Assembly: GCA_950097015.1 (NCBI GenBank)
Contig: CATNEN010000031.1
Coordinates: 1,116,001 to 1,180,000 of the forward strand
Source: Macrostomum hystrix
Lineage: Eukaryota > Animalia > Platyhelminthes
DNA: 64,000 nt
Direction of reading: 5' to 3'
Position 1 is the first letter of the stretch. Every line of letters begins with the position of its first letter. The position numbers and the translations under genes were made by a program. Below, piece by piece: positions 11,823 to 24,331 of the stretch. The notes under the pieces are model-generated. The model saw only the letters and a list, made by a program, of their open reading frames with translations. It made no database searches and had not been told where the DNA came from.

Positions 11823-14800
11823 TCAGGACATCATCCAGGTGACAGTGCTAACTAGCATTAGATTATTAGGCGGCGTGCCGCTAGCCGGAGCCAGGGCTAC
11901 AACAGTGTCGGCCAGGACGTCAACTACAACGCAGAAGCCATAGACAGGGTAGTCGGCCAGCTGGTCAGGCGAGGTGGCCTGACTGACGCCCAGCAGGGCG
12001 TGAAGCAGGCTTCGATCTGGCAGCACCCGCATCGCCCGTCGCCAGTGCTCCTCGCGCTCCGACTTATCGTGGCCAAGCGGCAGCAGGGAGGACGGCAAGG
12101 CTTGGACGCCGAGCCTGTAGAACTGGAACGAGCTGGTCGGCATGCTAATCCGATGCGGACTCAGATTGAGCAGCGGGCCTTTGAAATATTCCGTAACTTT
12201 GCGATCTCGCAGCTCCTGTCGAATGTCTGGGCCCCGGTCCGCTACTCCGCGCGACTTTGGCAGGGTGACAATCTTCACAAAGCTGGGCAGATCGCGCTTC
12301 AAATCGTTATAGAGACGCTCGGACTCAATCACGAATATTAGATCCACCTGTGGGGTTGAAGGCGGAAAATTTCTAGTTTCGACTTTTTACTAATCTTAAA
12401 CTAACAAAGGCTTTGTCCGGCTGAGCATTTATCCTCCCAGATCCTCAGCCTGAGCACCCTTCCTCAAAAATCCTCAGCCTGAGCACCCTTCCTCAAAAAT
12501 CCTCAGCCTGAGCACCCTTCCTCCAAAATCCTCAGCCTGAGCACCCTTCCTCCAAAATCCTCAGCCTGAGCACCCTTCCTCAAAAATCCTCAGCCTGAGC
12601 ACCCTTCCTCCAAAATCCTCAGCCTGAGCACCCTTCCTCCAAAATCCTCAGCCTGAGCACCCTTCCTCAAAAATCCTCAGCCTGTGAGCACCCTTCCTCC
12701 AAAATCCTCAGCCTGAGCACCCTTCCTCCAAATTCTTCAGCCTGAGCACCCTTCCTCCAAATTCTTCAGCCTGAGCACCCTTCCTCCAAAATCCTCAGCC
12801 TGAGCACCCTTCCTCCAAAATCCTCAGCCTGTGAGCACCCTTCCTCCAAAATCCTCAGCCTGAGCACCCTTCCTCCAAATTCTTCAGCCTGAGCACCCTT
12901 CCTCCAAATTCTTCAGCCTGAGCACCCTTCCTCCAAATTCTTCAGCCTGAGCACCCTTCCTCCAAAATCCTCAGCCTGAGCACCCTTCCTCAAAAATCCT
13001 CAGCCTGAGCACCCTTCCTCCAAAATCCTCAGCCTGAGCACCCTTCCTCCAAAATCCTCAACCTGTGAGCACCCTTCCTCCAAAATCCTCAGCCTGAGCA
13101 CCCTTCCTCCAAATTCTTCAGCCTGAGCACCCTTCCTCCAAATTCTTCAGCCTGAGCACCCTTCCTCCAAATTCTTCAGCCTGAGCACCCTTCCTCCAAA
13201 TTCTTCAGCCTGAGCCCCCTTCCTCCAAAATCCTCAGCCTGAGCACCCTTCCTCAAAAATTCTCAGGCTGAGCACCCTTCCTAAAAAGAACCTCAGCTGA
13301 GCATTTATCCTATCAGATCCTCAGGCTATGATAACGTAAAAAGTAACGACTTAACTAATTTTCTTTCTTGTTTATAATAACGGAATAACATTTTTAACGA
13401 TCTTGTGCCTGCAACTATAGGCGAATCCAGAAAACTAACGTCTTATTACTGAAACTAACGAAATGAAGCATGCGTTAATAAGCCAGACAGAAATGATTCT
13501 TGGTCCGTACCTCGAATGCGCTGGCGCACTGTTTGATAGCATCGTAGCCTTCGAGTTTAATCCAGCCGCAGGTGTTAATCACCAGGCCAGCGTGATTAGC
13601 ATCCTGGTCGTATTCGCAGCGCTTATTAACGTACTCGGCCAGGCGGTTCATCATGTAAAAGTACAAATTGACATTAGCCTGCGGATTAGTGTGGCCGAAT
13701 TGGAACAGCACAGGCGACTGTTCAGTCTCCAGGCCTTCCTCGATGTCGAAAGGCTTGCGCAATGGCACTGCGCCCATGGTGCCGGGTACGCTGATCTGCG
13801 ATTGGCCGACATCGACGTCAACGTAGATTGGCTTGGACTTCTCCCTATTTTGAATATTGATGGATAAATTTCATTTTTAAGCTATTTTGTGATTCTGGAA
13901 GTTGTCTTAACGGATAGGCGTAAAGTTTTTTTGGGATTTTCATGCCGATTTCTTTAATATTTTGGGAGATACAGAAAAAATGAATAATGTTGGTATTAGA
14001 AATGTCGCCGTGGTCTTACTACTATTAACAGATCATCTGTGACTGTGACACAAAACATAAAATTGTAAGATTTGAAACTTTAGTTTTTCATATTCTAAAT
14101 TTTGTTCTCGAAGCATTTCATTCCACTTTGTTCCGTTTCATTCCACTTTGTTCCGTTTCATTCCACTTTGTCCCATTTCATTCCACTTTGTTCCGTTTTA
14201 TTCCACTTTGTCCGATTTCATTCCACTTTGTTCCGTTTTATTCCACTTTGTCCCATTTCATTCCACTTTGTTCCGTTTCATTCCACTTTGTCCCATTTCA
14301 TTCCACTTTGTTCCGTTTCATTCCACTTTGTCCCATTTCATTCCACTTTGTTCCGTTTCACTCCACTTTGTCCCATTTCATTCCACTTTGTTCCGTTTCA
14401 TTCCACTTTGTCCCATTTCATTTCACTACTAGAAAATGCCTAAAACCATGTGGAAATTCTCACCTGGCCGCCCAGGACATCAGCTGGCGACAGAGCGACG
14501 TCTTGCCGGCGTCCTTTGGTCCGCAGACTAGCACGCGCGGTCCGCGCCGTTTAGCCTCCTGGGCCTGGCGACGCAGCTGTTGCAGAGCGGCGTGACAATT
14601 CACATAGACTGTGACAGCGTGGGTATCTTTAGACGTGTAGCTGGACTCTGTCTCGCCCCAGACCTTCAATTCGCAGCCGCTGAATGTGAAAACTGCCGCC
14701 TTGGAGCCCGGTGCAAAATGATAGCGCCTCTGCCTCACCAACTCTGTGCCAAACACTTCCGCTTTGCCTTCCACCAGCTTCACCCAGAAACTGGAAGAAT

Positions 14801-14921
14801 TCAGTGCTTCAAAGCGAAACTCGCAGAACTCATCAAGCTGCACAGCCTGTCCACCTTCCGGCTCTGGCTCCTCTTCGTTAACTTCGTCAGGATCAGCGGC
14901 TGCTGCAGCTGCGTCGGCCAT
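11823..14921 (-). CDS. CLP1: Polyribonucleotide 5'-hydroxyl kinase Clp1
   Basis: Exons 14921-14464, 13844-13511, 12347-11823 give 438 aa. Motifs: GKAEVFGTEL, Walker A GPKDAGKT, DVDVGQ..VPGT, GLVINTCGW, and C-terminal TVVALAP. Confidence 0.95.
12420..13325. repeat. Intronic minisatellite, 29-bp unit (cctcagcctgagcacccttcctccaaaat)
   Basis: About 30 copies in CLP1 intron 2. Confidence 0.95.
14115..14425. repeat. Intronic minisatellite, 20-bp unit (tttcattccactttgttccg)
   Basis: About 15 copies in CLP1 intron 1. Confidence 0.95.
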
Positions 14922-15372
14922 GACCTTTGCTGCAACCGCAATCAGATGAACTTGGTTTAGAAGAACTCAATAATTTTATTTCTAATGAGGAAATTTCAAT
15001 TTGGTATCCATAAAATGCGAATTGTCTTAATACTACCTTACTTTTTAACCAGAAAAAAAACGATTAAATGCTAATAGATTTTATTTCCATTTTCATTTTA
15101 AGCCAATTTCTCATTAATTTATACATATTTGAGAAAATATGTTAGCTGAAAAAATGGTTTAACTTTAAATCTAAGTTTTATATCAAAGAATAACTGTAAT
15201 TTTACCCATGTACATGTGCATATGACAAAAATTAACAAATTGTTTTGTTAATTATTGTTATTTTCTAGCACCTATCTTGCTGTGCACTTTCTGGAATAGA
15301 CTAGCTATCACTAATGTCTTTATTTCTAATTAAATAAAATAACTTAAATATGTTTAGGTTGAAACTTTAAAT

Positions 15373-16046
15373 CAGGGGTAGGCAAACTTATTTGCTGGCG
15401 GGCCAAAGAGAGAGCCTAAAAGATGACAGCGGGCTGCATTGACTGTATAAATATGAGATAGGGGAGAGATGAGACACGGGAGAGATGAGACACGGGAGAG
15501 ATGAGACACAGGAAAGATGGGACACGAGAGAGATGAGACACGGGAGAGATAAGACAGGGGAGAGATTAGACACGGGAGAGATTAGACACTGGAGAGATTA
15601 GACATGGGAGAGATTAGATACGGGAGAGATGAGACACGGGAGAGATGAGAGACGGGAGAGATGAGACAGGGGAGAGATGAGACACGAGAGAGATGAGACA
15701 CGGGAGAGATTAGACACGGGAGAGATTAGATACGGGAGAGATGAGACACGGGAGAGATGAGAGACGGGATAGAGAGACACGGGAGAGATGAGACAGGGGA
15801 GAGATGAGACACGAGAGAGATGAGACACGGGAGAGATTAGACACGGGAGAGATTAGACACGGGAGAGATTAGACATGGGAGAGATTAGACACGGGAGAGA
15901 TTAGATACGAGAGCGATGAGACACGGGAGAGGTTAGACACGAGAGAGATGAAACAGGACACTGTAGATGTCAGAAGGGGCAATGGGCTGGATTTGGGAGC
16001 TTTGAGGGCCACATCTGGCCCACGGGCCGGAGTTTGCCGACCCCTG
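15373..16046. mobile_element. hAT (Charlie-like) MITE with internal minisatellite
   Basis: TIRs caggggtaggcaaact / agtttgccgacccctg; perfect 8-bp TSD ctttaaat; internal gagatgagacacggga array ~15455-15955. An inverted sister copy is at 55662-55949. Confidence 0.9.
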
Positions 16047-19000
16047 CTTTAAATCAAAAGCATATCAAAAGCATATCAAAAGATAGGCTCCCACTCAAAA
16101 TTATGAACCTTTGTGTTGCATATTTTTTATATTTTCATTTACTTGGCTATATATCTCATATCTTTTGCTTTAGTAGTACTTTTAACATTACAGCAATATT
16201 TTTTAAAAAAACTGGTATTAGTATTGGTATTAATAGATTTTTTTTATTGAACAACATTAGCAAACAAAAAGGACATGACAATATCTTCCTTTAAGTATGA
16301 GTATGCAAAGATAGCTAGCTAAAACTATAAGGCTAGGCTAGCAAGGGTGTCAGTCATTTTGGTGACAGTTTTTCAACTGACAAATAGAAATTTTATTGAC
16401 TAATCATGAACAATTAGATGTCTTTTTATTTTCTAGCTATAAGATCTTCATTTTGATTTGTATAAATTTAAGCAAAAATTACAAAATCTTCTGAAGACAC
16501 AAAACCCAAACAGGCATGCAATGTATGAATAAGCCTATTTATAGATTAAATATATAAATATAAATATTTATTTTTATATTTAATAATTAATATTTATTTA
16601 ATATTTATTATAAATATATAAAATATATAAATATATTTTTATTTATAGATTATAAGCAATAAGAAGCCTAACTATTTTAGCAGAATTATTAATAAAAACT
16701 GAAAAATAAACTGAAACTGAACTGAAACTGGTATAAACTGAAAAAAAATTAATTAAAAAGTTCTATGATCTAATTTGTGTTAATAAATATTAGGAAATAG
16801 AAAGCAATGTATTCTTGTCACAATATTACTTTTTGGATGTCAATATCAACTAACATCAGTGACAGACATGCAACTGATACAACTAAAACTACATTTAAAT
16901 GTAAAGTGAAATAACTATAATCTTTCTGTCTAGTATGGTTTTGGTAAAAGGCCTAACAACAATTATGATTTATAGTAGACAATGTATTTATAGTAGTAAA
17001 ACAAAAGCAATTCAAAGGATTTATTATTAAACCTAAAATGTTGCTTTATTTATAGGCTTACAATAAAAAGCAATATAGGCCCCTACGTATAATTTTGAAA
17101 GTATATGGACTTTTTTACTTTTGATATTCTTTAGCTTTAAATTTATGCGCATATGTTTTTCAAACTTTTTTACAATTTAGAGTGAAGTGTGTTCACGCCT
17201 CTGCCCCACCCTCACTTTATCGATGACAAACTACTCGATTGCTTGTTATTAGTAGATGAAGTAGATGACGAACTGACCAAACTTTAAAGCATGCCAATTG
17301 GCTGGATGACGAAGTGTCCTACCTTCCAAGTGGATGACAAAGTTGTAAGATGACGAGTGTCTAGGATCCAGGACCGGGGCTAACATTGCATCTTAAAAAT
17401 TTTAGAATGTGTTGACTATAGTGTAAAGGGGCTTTAGTGGCATAGCTACTAAAAATATTATGTCACTAATTCATATAATTAGGCCTATGACTTATGGCAA
17501 TGTATTATGCCAGCAATTTATATAATTACAAATGTATCAGTTCTCTTGCACACAGATACAGCAAATATTCTGGCCAAGTGAAACACAAATGCAAGTTGAT
17601 GTTGGTTAGGCTTATTCAGTGAGGTGGGACATTTTGCATGCCCACGCAGTGACAATGTTTTATGGTCATTTCGTTATCCGGGATTTGCATTTGCACCCAT
17701 TCAATGGTATGACGAAATGGCCAAAAAACATTGTAGACACATTGGATGACGAAGTGTCGAGGAAACCACGAAGTTCAATAAATAATAAAATACCAATACA
17801 TAGAAATTAACTTGGTAACTGGAATAGGAAATTTTTTCGATAGCGCAGAATTACACTGAAAAACGAATTCTGCCCATACAGCATTTACGTCACAAATAAT
17901 TCCAAACAATTACTTGTACTATTTATTCTAGTTGGAATTGTATTGTACATTCAATGATTTCTTGGAAAGTTCAGATTAAATTTTTATGGAAATACCCCCG
18001 ATAAAAACAAAACTAGCAAAATTTAGCGACTCAAAAGATGAAAGATCAGAGATCACAGCTTTACGGTTCTTCATTCTAGACACAACTTAGTCGCATTCCA
18101 TGCAAACAGTTTTAATACCTACAAAACCGGAACTGTTGAACTTAATCAAGATTTATTCCAAAGAGCTCCACTAGAGTAGACTACTTCTTCTAGTGGTCCT
18201 AGGGTTACTCACAACTCAGGTGTCATATCATGACATGTCATATAATGTGAGGAGCTTTTTATTTTATCAGCTTGTTTCTTTGCCTTATAATACTTTAAAT
18301 ATTTGTCAAGGGACGGCAGTCAATGACTTATTTATAATGTTTTTAATACGTTAATTTCATGCTGCTGCAGCAGCGTGACTTAATTAATATTGATTGTAAG
18401 CTCTGATTTTTAATTCTGGTTCTACAAAGAACTGAAATTAGAATTATCGGTTGCACTTTCTGTATTATTGTTATGATTGCGTAAATGACAATCCGGTCGT
18501 CGTCTTGCAACGTAATCGTGGTGGACTCGGAACGACACAAATTATGCGCACCCAATTCTCATTAATTATGTTCACCTATAGTCATTAAAAAGCGGATCAC
18601 CCTCGTTTGGCTTTTTTAGCAAATTATTGGCATCCCAGTTCTGCTCGACCTAAACCCAACACAGCAAGGTTTCAGCTGCAGCGAAGAATTGCATTTGCAG
18701 CGAACACTTCATTGCAGCACAAGACCATGGAGCCACAGGATATGTTGCTAGCTGGAAAATAAAAGCAATTTGCACAGCAGCAAATAGACCCGCCTCATTT
18801 TCAACATTAGGGCGTGTGATTGAGCAGAATTAAAGCCAGGATAAAGATTTTTTATCGATCCCACTCATTAATTATTTTTTGTTAATTGATAATCTTTAAT
18901 TTGACCTTTAAGTGACAATTATTGGCCAATAGTTAGCAAAGCTCGCATGCTCGTCATCCATAGCATTTGCCTGGTCACACAGCCTCTGTGCACTGTTGCA

Positions 19001-19344
19001 TTGTCGAAAAAAAGACAAATGAAATTGCGTGTTATATATAGTTATCGAAATGACACAATGACCAGTTAGTAGTTTGCTTAAGCTAGTACTTATTAATTAC
19101 TTCAATACGACTTAAGTAATCCTTGGGAAGTGAATTCATGGATAAAATGTTTTTTTTATTTTCACCCGTTTAGTGTGTATTTGGCGCAGGGGCATGGTAT
19201 TGAAAATCACAATTTTTATCGAACTCGCGATTGCCGAATGCTATCTCTGCACTTGATTAGACGATGATTTTTACACAGGAGAATTGGCATGTGTTCTTGC
19301 ACGTGCAGCCTCACTCTAAGTGGAACTTGAGGCTGACGCATTAC

Positions 19345-20088
19345 TGTACTGATGCAACAACAGTTATTTTAGTGCGCAGGCACTTTTTACTGTGATGCCA
19401 CAACAGTTATTTTAGTGCTCAGGAACTTTTTGCTGTGATGCCACAACAGTTATTTTAGTGCTCAGGCACTTTTTGCTGTGATGCCACAACAGTTATTTTA
19501 GTGCTCAGGCACTTTTTGCTGTGATGCCACAACAGTTATTTTAGTGCTCAGGCACTTTTTGCTGTGATGCCACAACAGTTATTTTAGTGCTCAGGCACTT
19601 TTTGCTGTGATGCCACAACAGTTATTTTAGTGCTCAGGCACTTTTTGCTGTGATGCCACAACAGTTATTTTAGTGCTCAGGCACTTTTTGCTGTGATGCC
19701 ACAACAGTTATTTTAGTGCTCAGGCACTTTTTACTGTGATGCCACAACAGTTATTTTAGTACTCAGGCACTTTTTGCTGTGATGCCACAACAGTTATTTT
19801 AGTGCGCAGGCACTTTTTGCTGTGATGCCACAACAGTTATTTTAGTGCGCAGGCACTTTTTGCTGTGATGCCACAACAGTTTTTTTAGTGCTCAGGCACT
19901 TTTTACTGTGATGCCACAACAGTTATTTTAGTGCTCAGGCACTTTTTACTGTGATGCCACAACAGTTATTTTAGTGCGCAGGCACTTTTTGCTGTGATGC
20001 CACAACAGTTATTTTAGTGCGCAGGCACTTTTTACTGTGATGCCACAACAGTTATTTTAGTGCGCAGGCACTTTTTACTGTGATGCAA
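19345..20088. repeat. Minisatellite, 43-bp unit (caacagttattttagtgctcaggcactttttgctgtgatgcca)
   Basis: About 17 copies; period 43 (19444 to 19487). Confidence 0.95.
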
Positions 20089-20871
20089 CTGAGCATTGAA
20101 TGAACAAAGCAGTATACCCTCTGGTACAAAGATTATGTGCACTCGAACTAATTAAATCGAACATTATCGAAAAAGCGACGATGCTCTAGCCTGTGAGTGT
20201 AATTACAGGACTCCAGAAAAGGCAGCAATCACATTGATTATCAAGCAAACACATTCTTTCAGGTTGTAGAACCTGATTTATCAAAGCATTTGTCGCTTCA
20301 TTGAAAACCTTAATAGTTATTTTCCTATTTTTCTACTCGAAATCACAAGTCTGATCTTATTATCGCTTCGTGACTGAAACAATCTAGCTTGCTGAGACAA
20401 AAGAGCGACATTGCTTGTTCTTGCGCAGATTTTCTTAACGATTTGCCATTCGGCTTTGCCCTAAAAAACGAGTCGAAATCATTTTGCTACGTTTTAATCG
20501 TGCTACTGAGGTCGCAATTGTTTATTCATCTTTTTAATGCATAGACGGCCATGCCTGAATGGGTGTCAGGCTCAGGGCGTGACCATTAATAGTTTCCAAT
20601 TGCCATGAAAGCAATTAATTTGGACTATTTTGGGATGGCTTCTTAAACTGGTCACATTGTTCTCGAATGATTCAGACTGTGTTTTTTCAATTTAACTGAC
20701 TGGCTGGAAACAACTGCTCTGCTCAATGCAGTTCTCGTGCAGAACACTCCTGAGCCCTAATAACCCAATTGCCCACCATTTTTGCGAGCCCCGCCTAAGC
20801 AAGGAAAATAGTGTGAAACGATCTTTCTTAAAATTACTAATTTCAGCTAGGTGACCAGCGGAGTGCCTATT

Positions 20872-21545
20872 CAAGGACATCTCTAGTTAACATCTAGGTA
20901 CTCAGGCCCTTAAGGCCTCAGACCCTTAAATCCACAGGTCCTCAGTCCCTGAAGTGCTCAGGCCCTCAGGTCTTCAGGCCCTCAGGCCCTCTAGTCCTCA
21001 GGTCCTCACGTCCTCACGTCCTCACATCCTCAGGTCCTCATGTATTCAGGTCTTCAGGCCCTCAGGCCCTCTAGCCCTCACGTCCTCACGTCCTCACATC
21101 CTCACGTCCGGAGGTCCTCAGTCCCTGAAGTGCTCAGGCCCTCAGGTCTTCAGGCCCTCAGGCCCTCTAGTCCTCAGGTCCTCACGTCCTCACGTCCTCA
21201 CATCCTCAGGTCCTCAGGTCCTCATGTCTTCAGGCCCTCAGGCCCTCTAGTCCCTCCGGTCCTCACGTCCTCACGTCCTCACATCCTCAGGTCCTCATGT
21301 CTTCAGGTCTTCAGGCCCTCAGGCCCTCTAGCCCTCACGTCCTCACGTCCTCACATCCTCAGGTCCTCATGTCTTCAGGTCTTCAGGCCCTCAGGCCCTC
21401 TAGCCCTCACGTCCTCACGTCCTCACATCCTCACGTCCGGAGGTCCTCAGGTCCTGACGTCCTCAGGTCCTCATGTCTTCAGGTCCTCAGGCCCACCGGC
21501 CCTCAGGTCCTAAGCCCCTCTAGATGCTAACTAGAGACGTCCATG
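20872..21545. mobile_element. MITE with ~26-bp TIRs (P-like termini) filled by a cctcaggt-type minisatellite
   Basis: Left caaggacatctctagttaacatctag; right ctagatgctaactagagacgtccatg; flanks gcctatt / gccaatt (imperfect 7-bp TSD). Confidence 0.65.
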
Positions 21546-22187
21546 GCCAATTCTTCTCTGATCAGCCGGGCCTGGATTGAATTCAGTTCTGACTGCCAGT
21601 TCAACCGCAGGCATTGAGGCAGTTAAATATTATATACTTAACGACCATTTCAATTCGCTTCTTTGCCTAGATTGGCTGAGGACTGCGTATCTAGGCCGAG
21701 GTTTGGCCTTCTCTGATTACTTCATAGCCAGTTGCTTTCCGCTACTGACGCCTCTGATGCCTCCTTAGCTTACCGTTTCGATTGCAAATCATGCGCGTTA
21801 CCAATGAGCCCGCTGATTAGTAAGAAGCTCTCATGCAAGAGACTTCGAATACCTAGGACGCAAAAGAACACTATAGAGCATTGTATTTGTAGCTGATGCC
21901 TGAGCTTTCGGATGATTTTATAGAAAGGTATGCAGCGCATTTTGCATATCCGTTTGAATGCTTTACTAAACAGTTCTCTATGTCTACTGCTGGGGTGTGA
22001 ATATGGCGGCTAGAGCCTTGAGGGTACAAATTAATGAGAAAATCCTTGATGTAATTTTGCCACGGGAAGTACAAGGGATACGCTCCCATACAAGCCGCAT
22101 TTTTTCCAACTGTGGGACGGAGACAAGCTGAAAGTTCGATCACGCGGTCCATCGTCAATTCTACCATTAACAGTAGGACTACCAAGC

Positions 22188-22755
22188 CATTTTGCCGCCC
22201 GTTTTTTAATTTCCGAAATTTCCCACCCACCCTGAGAACATTTTTTAGCAGCGCCTGAAAGCTAACCGCGTAGGGTGGTGACTGATTGGTTGACAGACTA
22301 GGCGATGGTGTCCTGTGGTTGAGCTGCGCCTAATATTTAGGCTTCAGCAGTGAAATTTTAGAAATTCGCGTCAGGGTGTCCAGAGTGGCCTATTTCCACA
22401 TTTTTTGCATTTGAAGGTCCCGCAGTCCGTCTAGATAAAGGTAGGTGACCACCAAAGACGGAGATGATGCAAGCACATTCGGGTGACATGCTGATAAAGT
22501 TTGAAGGTCTGGAAAGGCCGCACTGAGGCGCAGTGCAAATTCGTGTATAGGGGTGTATCAAATACACTAGCTCTTATGGGAAAAATCGGACCTTCGGCCA
22601 GAAACATTGAATATCTCGACGGTCTGAAGAGCTGGCGACTTTTTTCTTGTTTCAGAAGATGCGCAACAAAAAGTTGGCCCATGTTCTTGAGTTTCGTGTG
22701 CTTGCATTGTTCTGTTCGGGTGCAGCAAAAAAAATTGGTAGTTCTACTGTTAAAT
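22188..22755 (+). repeat. Dispersed repeat, probable non-autonomous DNA transposon
   Basis: Long reverse-complement similarity to 62548-62950, e.g. gggtggtgactgattggttgac and gcgcaacaaaaagttggccc. Boundaries are approximate. Confidence 0.7.
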
Positions 22756-23477
22756 TGTAAGTCTGCCCTGCCAGCTCTCGGAAGCCGTAGTGGCACGTGC
22801 GCGCAAGTGTATTCGCCTGTTTTAGATTGCGACACTGTTGAGACTTCCCGATTTTCACCTTTCCTATAGTCTGGCGAGTAGAAGCTTTAGTAACTAGGAG
22901 ACGTTGTTTATACGTTGCTAGCTGGATGCAGTTGCTGACATCATCAGCTGAGGTCATGCGAACGGAGTCTGCACCTGTTTGTCGTGTTCTCTCTTGACTA
23001 ACATAATAAAGCCGAGTGAAGGGCACATTTTAGAAAATTATGCGCACAGCAGGAGGCTTTGATGAACGGATGTGACTTGCGAATATTTAGTGACAGGATG
23101 CGTAGCGAAATTGAAAAGCGAATGTTTGATTCTACCGGTGTCAGACTGAAGACAAATAGCGGGTAATTGATAGGGACAACAGGGAATAGACTATAAGTGA
23201 AGACTGTGTTCAATGCGCTTTGTAGATGCCAGGAAGTAATACACAAAAACACAACATCATCATGTCTACTACGTACGTGTCATAATAACTCGATCAATGT
23301 TTTGAGCGAGGAGTCCAGTATATTTCAATGGACCAATAAGGTAATACTTCTGAGGTATAAGGTATAAGGTATACTTCTGATTGGCGTGGTCGTGAAACTG
23401 CAATAGCGACATGAAACAAGTTCTATTTTGAACATACGGTACATACATGCGGAGGTACATCGGCTTTAATTTCCCGT

Positions 23478-23848
23478 TATAATAATAATATAATGCAGGA
23501 GGGCTCCGGGCGCTGGTACATCATTTGGTGACACTAGACGCGGGCCAGCGAGGAGGCAATTCTGCCCATTTCGCTGACTCTAGAGCACACAGAACACAGA
23601 TACCGTACGCAAGCACTCGCTCACAAAGGTATGTACATCTGCCCTTTCTGACTTTATCATCTATCAGGCAGTGTACACTCTCACTGTGCCTTGGAGTTTG
23701 GCCCTCCAGGGCGTAAATTGCACGACAAGCCCCCAAACCTTCTCTTCGCGGCTGCGTCCCAAATAAATGTGACCTCGACGCGGAATCGAGCTCAGGGACC
23801 TTGGTGGCGGGGCAAACGCGTTAGACCGCTCTGCCACCAAACAAGCGG
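23478..23848 (-). mobile_element. tRNA-derived SINE, family A
   Basis: Minus-strand head tggtggcagagcggtct (A box) ... gagctcgattcc (B box); ~300-nt body ending gccctcctgca plus an (att)n tail. Copies at 35470-35766, 47885-48035 and 52340-53375. Confidence 0.8.
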
Positions 23849-24331
23849 TCTGGAGACATATTTGATAGAAGCTCTACTTAGCCCAGTTGGGCCAGATATA
23901 CAGCCAATGGCCAGATATACAAAAAACTAAAACTAAAAATCATCAAAGATACTCGGGCTTGGCATTAGCGCATGGAGAAGAAACTGAAGGCTATAAACGT
24001 CGCGAAGTCATTTTCCTGTCCATCCTCGTTTTTCTTGTCACGAGCCTCATTCGCTTCTCAAGCTTCATCTGGCCTTGGGCTCGATACTCGTGCATCCAAA
24101 CAACGTCTCAAATTGACCCGGCCGTCCCACTCTGCTTTGCTAATTATCCAATCCACTTCTCCTCACTGTGGCCGTAGTCTGGCGACCAATCAGAGCGTCA
24201 CAGGCAGCGTCCCCATCCATTCCGTTTCTCCTCTTCCTTAAATGCAAAAGCAAACCGGATTTCGGAGACCGATTCAACTCTCAGCACCTGCGCACACAAC
24301 GGCAACGCCAGCGCTTGAGCTATTACAGGCC

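Noticed and set aside
17230-17770. Scattered gatgacgaa(g/c/a)tg repeats ending ggatcc/ggaaacc, MULE-like MITE remnants
   Set aside because: Could not define paired termini or a TSD.
19345-20088. CRISPR-like appearance of 24-43-bp repeat arrays
   Set aside because: Units are head-to-tail with no unique spacers, there are no cas genes, and the context is eukaryotic.
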